NCBI GenBank assembly: GCA_963740355.1
Contig: CAVUDW010000002.1
Coordinates: forward strand, 224,001-288,000
Direction: 5' to 3'
Length of the DNA stretch: 64,000 nt
DNA from: an uncultured Gemmatimonadaceae bacterium
GTDB lineage: Bacteria; Gemmatimonadota; Gemmatimonadetes; Gemmatimonadales; Gemmatimonadaceae
The position numbers and the translations under genes are program-made. Positions 20,530 through 30,500 of the stretch are shown one piece after another. Position 1 is the stretch's first letter, and every line of letters begins with the position of its first letter. Below the pieces are notes generated by a model. It was not told the DNA's origin, searched no databases, and saw only the letters and a program-made list of their open reading frames with translations.

Positions 20530-23500
20530 AGCGCCTCATCGAGTTTGCACTCAAACAGCGCGGAGCCGTCACGCTCGGCGTTGGTGCACTGCTGCTGTTC
20601 GGACTCTTCTCACTGTCACGCATTCCGTTCGACGCATTTCCCGACCTGACCGGCGTGCGTGTCGATGTTGCGACTTCGGCACCGGGACTGGCTCCAGAAG
20701 AAGTCGAACAGCTGGTGACGTACCCGCTCGAATCAGCGCTGATGGGTTTGCCCGGAGTCACCGGAGTTCGATCGGTGTCGAAGTCGGGCCTCGCGTTGAT
20801 CACGGTGCCCTTCCCCGACGGCACGGACATCTACTTCGCGCGCACGCTGGTGCAGCAGACGCCTGGCTGAAGCGAAGGGTGCGCTGCCACCCGGCGTCGA
20901 GCCGCAGATGGGACCCGTCTCCACGCCGATGGGTGAGCTGTACCAGTACACGGTGACCAGCGACTCCATGTCGCTGAGCGAGCTGAAGGCCCTTCACGAC
21001 TACACCATTCGCCCGCGCCTGCGCACTGTCGCCGGCGTCAGTGATGTGAATTCATGGGGCGGCCGCATCGAGCAGGTGCAGGTCGTGGTCGACCCGGCGC
21101 GCCTCGCCGCGCGTAACCTCACCCTGGCCGATGTGCATGCCGCGCTGGCCTCGAACAACCTGTCATTCGGCGGCGCGTACCTCGAGAACGAGGGTACCCG
21201 CTACACCGTGCGCGGCGTGGGCCGGCTGACGCAGCCCTCACGAGATCCTGCAGGTCGCGATCGCATCGCCCGGCGGTGTGCCAGTGCGCGTCGGTGACGT
21301 GGCCGAGGTGGTGGACGGTGGCATGCCGCGCTTCGGCGCCGTGACGGAAAACGGCACGCATGAAGTGGTCGCCGGCATGGTGCTGAAGCTGAAGGGTGAA
21401 GACTCGAAGAAGGTGATCGACGCCGTGCTGGTGCGACTGAACGAGATTCGCGCCGCGCTTCCGAAGCATGTGAAGATCACGCCGTTCTACGACCAGACGG
21501 AACTGGTTGGCCGCACCACACACACGATCACCAAGAACCTGATCGAGGGCGGCTTGCTGGTGATCGTGGTGCTGTTCGCGTTCCTCCGCAACGTGCGCGC
21601 ATCGTTGATCGTCGCGTCGGTGATCCCGTTGTCGATGCTGGTGGCCTTCGGTGGCATGTACCTCTTCGGGTATTCGGCCAACCTGATGTCGCTCGGCGCA
21701 CTGGACTTCGGCCTGATCGTCGACGGAGCGATCGTGATGGTCGAGAACTTCGTCCATCGACTCGAAAAGGCTGAGCACGACAGCGGCCACGACGTGACTG
21801 GCCACGCGAGTCGCTTTGCGCTGTTCCGTGATGCAGCGATCGAGGTCGGCCGACCGATCCTCTTCGGCATCGCCATCATCGTTGCCGTCTACATCCCGAT
21901 CTTCGCGCTGGAAGGCATGGAAGGTCGGATGTTCAAGCCGATGGCGTTCACGGTGGTGTGCGCGGTGCTCGGCTCACTGCTGCTGGCGTTGGTCTACGTG
22001 CCGGCGGTCTCGTTGACGCTGCTGAAGCACGTCCACGCAAAGCCGCTGGCGGCCGAGGAGAAGCTGCGCGACCGATACGCGCGCCTGCTCGGCTGGACAT
22101 TCCAGCACGGAAAGCCAATCGTGATCACGGCAATCGTGATGGTGATCGTCTCGGTGGCGTCGCTGTCACACATCGGCAGCGAGTTCATGCCGAAGCTCGA
22201 TGAAGGTGCCATCCTGATCAACACCCGTCGGACACCGAGTGTCTCGCTGGCTGATGCCACCACGCTCTCCCTGCAGGCGGAAAAGGTGGTGAAGAAGTTT
22301 CCCGAGGTGTTGACCGTCGTGACCAAGGAAGGGCGTCCCGATCTCGCCACCGAGGCGATGGGACTGTACGAAGGTGACCTCTACGTCATCCTCAAGCCGC
22401 GTGACGAATGGACCACCGCGAAGAATCCTGAAGGCCTCGTCGCAGCCTTCGATTCGGCGCTGAAGGCGGTGCCAGGGCTGTGGGTGTCGTTCACGCAGCC
22501 GCTCGCCATGCGCCTCGACGAAGCGGAGAGCGGTATCCGCACCGATCTGGGTATCAAGGTCGTGGGCCCAGACCTCGAGAAGAATGGCCAGATCGCGGCG
22601 CGCATTCGGCGCGTGCTGGCCTCGACGGCGGGCAGTGCGGACGTGGCCGTTGAAGTGAGCGAAGGGACCGGCCAGGTGAAGGTCACGCCGCGGCGTGATG
22701 CGCTGGCGCAGTACGGCTTGTCGGTGGCGGATGTGCGTGACGCGGTGAACCTCTCGCTCGGCGCCGAGACCGCGACCGAAATCGTGAAAGGCCCGCGACG
22801 CATTGGTGTGGCCGTGCGTTATCCCGACGCGCAGCGCAACGACCTCACCGCACTCTCGCGGCTCACCGTACGATCGTCGCAGGGCGCGCTGGTGCCGTTG
22901 TCATCGGTGGCCGACGTGGAGCCGGGCACGGGACCAGAGCTGATCGGTCATGAGGATGCGCAGCGTCGCACACTCGTGCTCTCCAACGTGCGTGGTCGCG
23001 ACCTGGGTGGATTCGTGGCCGAAGTTCAGGCTCGCGTCGCCCGCGACATCGAACTGCCCGCCGGGACGTTCCTCGAGTGGGGTGGGCAGTTCGAGAACCA
23101 GCAACGCGCCATGAAGCGCCTGAAGTTGGTGGTGCCCGTGGCGTTGCTGCTGATCGTGGGCCTGCTCTATGCGTCGTTCCGCAATGGATGGTTGACGGCG
23201 CTGATCCTGACCAACGTGCCGTTCGCGCTCGTCGGAGGCGTCGCCGCACTCTGGATCCGTGGGCTCAACCTCAGTCTCTCGGCCAGCGTCGGTTTCATCG
23301 CGCTGTTCGGCATTGCCGTGCTGAATGGCGTGGTGCTGATCTCAGCCATCAATGCACTGCGGGCGTCGGGCAAGAGTGTCGATGAAGCGGTGCGCCTCGG
23401 CGCCGCTGACCGCTTGCGGCCGGTGATCATGACCGCGCTGGTGGCGAGCCTTGGGTTCGTGCCGATGGCGCTGTCGACCTCACCGGGCAGCGAAGTGCAG

Positions 23501-23662
23501 CGACCGCTGGCCAGCGTCGTCATCGGCGGGCTGGTGACGTCCACGGCACTCACCCTGTTCGTGCTGCCACTGCTCTACCGTGCGCTTGGCCTGTGGCGCG
23601 AGAAGAAGGTGCCACAAGCCCGCCGTGCGCCGGCCGTCGCGGCCTCGCCGCTGACGACCTGA
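20526..23662 (+). CDS. czcA: CzcA/CusA-family heavy-metal RND transporter, split by two +1 frameshifts (~20859 and ~21240)
   Basis: DAFPDLT, APEEVEQLVTYPLE, SLGALDFGLIVDGAIVMVEN, EFMPKLDEG and RLRPVIMTA lie in three consecutive ORFs. Removing one base at each junction restores QQRLAEAK and QPSEILQV. Confidence 0.88.
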
Positions 23663-23750
23663 GGATCGGCCGCTGGTGGATCGGCCGCGTGCGTGCCTCC
23701 GGTGCCTTGTCCGGCAGGCGCGCTCGACGGCCGATGTGATGCGAGGAGCG

Positions 23751-24299
23751 TTATGGCGTCGGCCGGTCCTTGACCACCGCCCAGGTGGGGCATTGCGGCG
23801 TCGGACCGCGCTGTGGGGCGGATTCGGCGTGGGTCAGCGTGTCACTGACCGCCATCACTTCGAGATCAAAGACGAGCTCGGCACGCTCCGGAATCACCGG
23901 CGGCCGGCCAGACTCGCCGTAGGCGAGGGGATACGGGATGAACAGGCGCCGCTGGCCACCCACCTTCATCCCGTCGAAGCCAAGGTCCCAGCCCGCGATC
24001 ACACGCCTGACGCCCAGCGGAAAGCCGATCGGTGTGCGCGGGGTCCCATTCGGCATCGTGTCGCGCGACGAATCGAATTTCGTGCCGTTGCGGAGCCACC
24101 CCGTGTAGTGCACGAAGACGCACTGGCGTGGCCCGACGGCCGCGCCGGTGCCGGGCACCACGTCGATGAACTTGAGCGCGAGAATGATCTGCTCCTTGCC
24201 AGCCACCGCAGGAATGGGGCTGGGTGGGCTGACAGGGATCTGTTTTGTGTGGCACGCGCCGAGCGCGACCGTACTGGCTAGAACGAGGGGAATCCGCAT
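23751..24299 (-). CDS. FKBP-type peptidyl-prolyl isomerase, probable lipoprotein
   Basis: Lipobox LGAC; VHYTGWL..GTKFDSS, VIAGWDLG, IPYPLAYG. Confidence 0.93.
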   Translation of the reverse strand: MRIPLVLASTVALGACHTKQIPVSPPSPIPAVAGKEQIILALKFIDVVPGTGAAVGPRQCVFVHYTGWLRNGTKFDSSRDTMPNGTPRTPIGFPLGVRRVIAGWDLGFDGMKVGGQRRLFIPYPLAYGESGRPPVIPERAELVFDLEVMAVSDTLTHAESAPQRGPTPQCPTWAVVKDRPTP

Positions 24300-24526
24300 C
24301 GGGGCCAACGTAGACGGTCACTGACACAGCGTCCATGCCAGAGGACAATCACGACGCACGGTCGCGAGCACCGATCCCATCCGTTTCACATGGCGATTGT
24401 CTCGTGAGCGCCGCCTCTGCGAAAATGGGACGTCTCCATGGCTCCGGTCGTCATACCATCGAGAAGCGGGCCCAGCGCTCCGCGATTTCGATTGCCAAGT
24501 AAGTTGCCGCTTCCCTTTCCGACACG

Positions 24527-25405
24527 ATGACGACGCCGACCCTGGTGGACGCGCCGGCCACTGGCGTGCTGCACGACTTGAAGGAAGTCGTGCATGACAT
24601 CCGACATTCCCGCGGCCTGATCTACCAGCTCACGCTGCGCGATATCCGCGTCCGCTACAAGCAGGCGCTGATGGGCTTCGCGTGGGCGATCCTGTCGCCA
24701 CTGCTGATCGTGGCGGCTGGCGTGGTGGTGCGCGTCGCGCTGCTGCACATGGCAGGACAGCGCTTCGAGATTGCCACGGCCACCGCGATCATAGTGAAAG
24801 GTCTGGCCTGGGGCTTCTTCGCCGCCGCGATCGGCTTCGCGACCTCGGCGCTGACCGGCAATGCGCCGCTGATCTCCAAGGTCTACTTCCCGCGCGAAAC
24901 ACTCCCGCTCTCGGTCATCCTCGCGTCGACCTTCGATTCGATGATCGGCATCGTCGCGATGTCGGTGGCGTTGCCATTCTTCGGCTGGCGCCCGCACTGG
25001 GCCGTGCTCTGGGCGCCGCTGCTGGCGCTGGTGCTCTTCACGTTCACACTGGCGTCCGGCCTGCTCATCAGCTGTGCCAACCTGTTCTACCGCGACGTGA
25101 AGTACATCACACAGCTGCTGGTCACCTTCGGCATCTTCTTTACGCCGGTGTTTTACGAACCGAGCGTGCTCGGCGGAAAGTGGATCGCCTGGCAGATGCT
25201 CAATCCGCTGTCGCCGATTCTCGAGGGGCTTCGCCTGTCGGTGGTGGATGGCCACAACCTGCTCACCACATTGACGCAGGCGGACGGCAGCGTGATCTGG
25301 AGCCCGATGTATCTCGCGTACAGCATGGTGTGGGCGTTTGGTGGGCTGGTCGTGAGCGCCCTCATCTTCCATCGCGCACAGTTCCGCTTCGCGGAGTACG
25401 TCTGA
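24527..25405 (+). CDS. wzm: ABC-2 glycan export permease (Wzm)
   Basis: LTLRDIRVRYKQALMGFAWAIL, LISKVYFPRE, YRDVKY, LNPL, C-terminal FAEYV; several TM helices. Confidence 0.9.
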   Translation: MTTPTLVDAPATGVLHDLKEVVHDIRHSRGLIYQLTLRDIRVRYKQALMGFAWAILSPLLIVAAGVVVRVALLHMAGQRFEIATATAIIVKGLAWGFFAAAIGFATSALTGNAPLISKVYFPRETLPLSVILASTFDSMIGIVAMSVALPFFGWRPHWAVLWAPLLALVLFTFTLASGLLISCANLFYRDVKYITQLLVTFGIFFTPVFYEPSVLGGKWIAWQMLNPLSPILEGLRLSVVDGHNLLTTLTQADGSVIWSPMYLAYSMVWAFGGLVVSALIFHRAQFRFAEYV

Positions 25406-26619
25406 TGGCAGGTGTGACACCAGGAATTCAGTTCGATGGTGTGTGGAAGAAGTTCCGGCGCGGGGAAGTGCACGACTCGTTGCGCGACCTCATTCCAGCG
25501 CTCGCGCGCCGCATGGTCGGTGGCGGCCGCACCGCACCGGAGCTCGCCCGCGATGAATTCTGGGCGCTGCATGATGTGTCGTTTCGCGTTGAACCGGGGC
25601 AGACGCTCGGCGTGATCGGCCACAACGGCGCCGGCAAGTCCACGATCCTGAAGATTCTCACGCGCATCCTCCGGCCGTCGAAAGGCGCCTATGTGGTGCG
25701 CGGTCGCATCGGCGCACTGATCGAGGTGGCAGCGGGATTCCATCCCGATCTCACCGGTCGCGAGAACATCTTCCTGCAGGGCGCGATCATGGGCATGGGG
25801 CGCACGCAGACCCAGCGCAAGCTGGACGAGATCATCGCGTTCTCCGAGATCGAGCAGTTCATCGACACGCCGGTGAAGCGCTACTCGTCGGGCATGAATG
25901 CGCGGCTTGGGTTCTCGGTCGCGGCGCATCTCGATCCGGACGTGCTGATCATCGACGAAGTGCTCGCCGTCGGTGACTACGCGTTCCAGCGCAAGGCGTT
26001 CGGGCGCATCCGAGAGCTCGCTGGCAGCGGCATGCCGGTGGTCGTCGTATCACACCAACTGGATCGGATCGCCGAGCTGTGCACCGATGCCATCCTGTTG
26101 TCACACGGCACGATGGTGGCACAGGGCACGCCGGCCGACGTGATCGGAGCGTACATGCGCGGCGATGGCATGACGGGGAAGCAACTGGCCGACGATTCGC
26201 CCGTGTCTCTCACCTCGGCCGAACTGCTGGATGGCAACGAGGTCCGTTCTGGTGGCGCCATTCGGATCCGGGTAAGTGGGCAGACGCTCGGTCCCATCGG
26301 GCAGCATGTGGAGCCTGTCGGTGTGATCGTGCGCAGCGCGCAGACCGGTGAGATCATCTACGCCACCGGCAGTTCGATTCATAACCTCGACTTTGGCCGC
26401 GGCTCGTTCACGCTCGATGTCGAGTTGCAGATGAACGTGCAGCCCGGCATCTACCTCGCCGATATCGGTGTCTGGGATCGCGCCGACGAAAAGCAGCTGG
26501 CTGCTGGCCCGAGCCTGAACATTCGTGTGACAGAAGGCAGCCTGTTCCTCGGCCCGATCAACCTCAACGGCAGCATGGAAATGTTGCAGGCAGAGGCCCG
26601 CGTGAGGCTCGAGGGGTGA
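25405..26619 (+). CDS. wzt: Glycan export ABC ATPase with C-terminal Wzt_C-like domain (Wzt)
   Basis: FWALHDVSF, GHNGAGKST, GFHPDLTGREN, YSSGM, IIDEVLAVGD, plus an ~150-aa beta-rich C-terminal domain; the true start is the TGATG overlap at 25405. Confidence 0.92.
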   Translation: MAGVTPGIQFDGVWKKFRRGEVHDSLRDLIPALARRMVGGGRTAPELARDEFWALHDVSFRVEPGQTLGVIGHNGAGKSTILKILTRILRPSKGAYVVRGRIGALIEVAAGFHPDLTGRENIFLQGAIMGMGRTQTQRKLDEIIAFSEIEQFIDTPVKRYSSGMNARLGFSVAAHLDPDVLIIDEVLAVGDYAFQRKAFGRIRELAGSGMPVVVVSHQLDRIAELCTDAILLSHGTMVAQGTPADVIGAYMRGDGMTGKQLADDSPVSLTSAELLDGNEVRSGGAIRIRVSGQTLGPIGQHVEPVGVIVRSAQTGEIIYATGSSIHNLDFGRGSFTLDVELQMNVQPGIYLADIGVWDRADEKQLAAGPSLNIRVTEGSLFLGPINLNGSMEMLQAEARVRLEG

Positions 26620-27365
26620 TCGCCGTGCCGTCGGTTGCTCCGGCGGACGGTGTCACTGTCACCCTGCTCCGTCTGCCCGAGGTGCCCGCGACCGCTGACT
26701 TCGCCCTGCTCTCGACGGTCGAGCGCGAGCGGGCAGCGCGCTTTCAGTTCGAGCGCGATCAGGCGTCGTTCGTCACCACGCGCGCCGCATTGCGCCGCCT
26801 GCTGGGCGCCGCCATTGGATGCGAGCCCGCACAGGTCCGGATTGGCGTCGGCGAATACGACCGACCGATGCTCGCGCCGGACCACGCGGCTTCGCTGGAC
26901 TTCAATGTCTCGCATTCCGGCCGTTTGGCTGCCATCGCGCTCTCGTCGGCGGTCCGCGTTGGCGTCGATGTCGAATGGCATGCGCGCAAGCGGTCACTGC
27001 GCGAACTGGTGCCGCAGGTGATGGGGCGCGCCGAGCGTGAACTACTCGATGGCCTGGAAGACCCTGCACTCTTCGAGCGCGCGTTTTACGCCTGCTGGAC
27101 GCGAAAGGAAGCCATCGTGAAAGGCATCGGTGTCGGTATTTCCCACCCGCTGACATCGATCGACGTTCCTGTCGTGCCCGCTGACAATGTCGTGATCGTC
27201 GACGGTACGCCGCCATCGCCGTGGTACTTGGTGACTGACGAGCCGATCGCGGGCTACACCGTATCGGTCGCGCTCGCTGGAACGAGTGGTCTGGTCAGAA
27301 TTTCCCTGTTCGAAAACACCGCGTGTGCCGAGCTCGGCGAAGAATCGGGTCGTGATGCTGTCTGA
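26616..27365 (+). CDS. Sfp-type 4'-phosphopantetheinyl transferase
   Basis: FNVSHSG, VGVDVE, WTRKEAIVKG; GTGA overlap with wzt. Confidence 0.93.
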   Translation: MIAVPSVAPADGVTVTLLRLPEVPATADFALLSTVERERAARFQFERDQASFVTTRAALRRLLGAAIGCEPAQVRIGVGEYDRPMLAPDHAASLDFNVSHSGRLAAIALSSAVRVGVDVEWHARKRSLRELVPQVMGRAERELLDGLEDPALFERAFYACWTRKEAIVKGIGVGISHPLTSIDVPVVPADNVVIVDGTPPSPWYLVTDEPIAGYTVSVALAGTSGLVRISLFENTACAELGEESGRDAV

Positions 27366-27550
27366 TGCATCGCCTCGCCTCGACGGCGTGCGTAGATTGC
27401 GAATCCATTCTCCACTGGCGTCGGCGTTGTGAAACACCGACGCGACGTGGTGGGCAGAATCGATCATGTTGCAGCGGCGGTCTCCAGTGAGCCCGCTGCC
27501 TTTGTGTTGGGCGTCGTCCGACGTCGGATCATGAACGAATCCGGGTTCCA

Positions 27551-30500
27551 GTGAACGTTGCCGAACTGCTGTCGAGTGTAGCCAACACCGGCGTTGAACT
27601 GTGGTTCGAGGGCTCACGCCTTCGTTTCAGGGGTCCGCGGGGCGCGCTCACAGGTGAGCAGCGTGCGGCGCTGTCGTCGAATCGCGCGGCCGTTGTCGAG
27701 CACCTGCGCGCGGTCGCCTCGGAGCAGCTCCACTCGTTCCCGCTGTCGTACAATCAGCGTGCGCTCTGGTTCATCCACCAGGAAGCGCCGACGAATGTGG
27801 CGTACCATGTCGCCCAAGGCATTCGCATCACGTCGGTGGTCCAGCGTGACGCGGTGCGTGAGGCATTGCAGGGAGTGTCGGACCGGCATCCCATGCTGCG
27901 GACGACCTACGCCCTCTCGGACGAGGGCCAGCTGCTGCAGCAGACGCGGGGCGCGGTGGATGTGGCCTTCGATTGCGTCGATGCCACCGGCAGCACCGAG
28001 GACGAGCTGCGCGCACTGGTGGATGCCGACTACGCGCGTCCCTTCGATCTCGAAGACGGTCCGGTGTTCCGTTGCACGCTGTTCTCGCGCGCTGAGGCCG
28101 ACCATGTCCTGGTCATCTACATGCACCACATCGCGGGCGACGCCTGGTCGCTGATGATGGTGCTGGACGATTTCCAGAAGTTGTACGCGGAAGCCTGCGG
28201 ACAGCCGACTTCGCTGCCGGCACGCGTGGAGACGGCGTACGAGTCGTTCGTGACGTGGCAGGAGTCGTGGCTGGCCAGCGACGATGGACAGCGGACCGGC
28301 GCCGCCTGGCAGGCCGTGCTGGCAGCCCCTCGTGCCCAGGTCGAGCTGCCGCCAGACCGGGCGCGCCCGGAACGCAAGACATTTCGCGGGGCGACGATCT
28401 CGTTTTCGCTGGAGGTCGAGACCGTGACCCGGCTGCGACAGGTGGCGCGCGAGCAGCATACCACCCTGTTCGTCGTGTTGCTCGCCGGCTACGTGGCGAT
28501 GCTGCATCGACTCACCGGTGAGACCGACGTGATCGTCGGCACGCCAACATTTGGTCGTACCGATAGTGCGTACTCCCGTGTGGTCGGGCACTTCGTGAAT
28601 CCTGTGCCGCTGCGGACACGCGTCGAATCGACCATCAGCTTCGCGGAACTGGTGGCGCGCGTCGGTCGCACGGTGCGAGCCGCTCTCGATGGACAGGAAT
28701 ATCCGTTCCAGCTGATCGTGCAGCATGCGCATGTGGTGCGCGATCCCAGCAGGTCGCCGCTGTTCGAGGCCTTCTTCGGATTGCTGGCGTTCGATCAGGT
28801 GCGGCATGGTGCCGATCCCGTTCCGCCGGCCGATGGGCCGCGCGATTTCGGTGGCCTGCGCGCCGAGCCGTATTCGCTTCGACAGCAGGAAGGCCAGTTC
28901 GATCTCTCGTTGCAGCTGAGCGAGCATGACGGCGGGCTCGATGGCTGGCTGATTTTCAATCCGGACATTCATGATGCCGACACCATCCAGCAGGTGGCCG
29001 CTCACTACACCGCACTCCTGGGCGGCGCGCTGGTGAGCATGGAGTCAACCGTTGCCGAGTTGCCGCCGCACGCCGATCGTCTGGGTGCCGATCACACGTC
29101 GGCGCACGCGGGGCCGCCGGCGCACGTGCAGCAATTGCTCGATGAACTGGCCGCGCGCGACGTGCGCCTGACGCTCGACGGGGAGAAGCTCAAGGTCAAC
29201 GCGCCGGTGGGCGCGCTGGACGACAGCCTGAAGGCACGCCTGTCACAGGCGAAGGCTGAGATCATCACGGCGCTGCGGGCCGCACCCGAGCCCCGTTCGG
29301 TGTTGCGGCGTGTGCCACGCACGGCGCCGCTGCCGATCTCGTATGCCCAGCAGCGCCTCTGGTTTCTCGACCGCATGGATCCGGGGAACTCGCATTACAA
29401 CATCTCGCTGCCGCTGCGGATCACCGGGCCGCTTGACGTTGCGGTGATGACGCAGGTGCTGGATGCGATTCCGCATCGCCACGAGGCGCTCCGGATCCGC
29501 ATCCGTGACATCGACGGCAACCCGCGCGCTGAATTGATGGAGTCGGTGGGCAGTGTGGTGCGGCTGGTGGACATCAGCGGCCTTGCGCCCGAGGCGCGTG
29601 CGGCCGAGTCGCATCGCCTGCTGCTGCAACAGATGGTCGTGCCTTTCGATCTCGCGACCGGTCCCCTGATCTCGTGCCTGCTCGTGCGTCACTCGGACGA
29701 CGAGTTCGTGCTGATGATCAGCATGCACCACATCGCGTCCGACGGCTGGTCGTTGAGCGTGGTCGTCGGCGAAATCTGCGCGGCGTATGAGGCGGCGATG
29801 GCCGGCCTGCCGTCACCGCTCGCGCCGCTGGAGGTGCAGTACGTGGACTTCGCCGCCTGGCAGCGCGAGCAGATGAATTCCGGCATGCTGGTGCAGCAGC
29901 TGGGTTATTGGCAGCGGGAGCTGGCTGGGGCACCGGTGCTGCTGGAACTGCCGACGGACCGTCCACGCCCCGCGGTGCAGACCTACCGCGGCACCCGCCG
30001 GAAGTACCGGATGGAGCCGGAACTGCTGGCTGGCCTCAAGGCCGTCAGCCGCGCCAGCGACGCCACACTCTACATGACGTTGCTGGCCGGGTGGCAGGTG
30101 CTGCTGCATCGCTATTCGGGGCAGGACGACATCGTGGTCGGCTCGCCGATGGCGAACCGTGATGACCCGGCGCTCGAGCCGCTGGTCGGCTGCTTCGTGA
30201 ACAACGTGGTGATGCGTGGCCGTCTGGAGGGTAACCCCACCTTCCGCGAGTTTCTCGGTCGCACGGCGACGACGGTCCTCGGCGCATTCGATCATCGTGA
30301 GTTGCCGTTCGATCGGCTCGTCGAAGGGCTGCGGCCGGAGCGGAGTACGAGCCACGCGCCGGTGTTTCAGGTGCTCTTCACGCTGCAGTCGTTCCCGGTG
30401 GACAACCGACACCCGGCGGGCCTGCATCTGGAATTGCTGAACATCGAAGACGACGAGCGCGGAACCGCCCGTTTCGACCTCACACTCGAAATGGACGAGC

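Noticed and set aside
17942..23662. RND pump as exporter of the NRPS/PKS product
   Set aside because: Motifs are those of the CzcA/CusA metal-efflux family, it has its own two-component system, and a convergent FKBP gene separates it from the cluster.
23664..23688. Direct repeat GGATCGGCCGC x2 between czcA and the FKBP gene
   Set aside because: Only two short GC-rich copies; not a CRISPR array or a target-site duplication of any visible element.
24492..24508. Possible sigma-54 promoter upstream of wzm (TTGCCAAGTAAGTTGC)
   Set aside because: Has the -12 TTGC but GC instead of the invariant GG at -24.
24682..25404. Apparent 241-aa N-terminal extension of Wzt
   Set aside because: Out-of-frame overlap with wzm; the real start is the TGATG junction at 25405.
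27476..27484. Possible ops/JUMPStart element before the long NRPS/PKS operon
   Set aside because: Reads GGCGGTCT rather than GGCGGTAG, and no RfaH/NusG paralogue is in the window.
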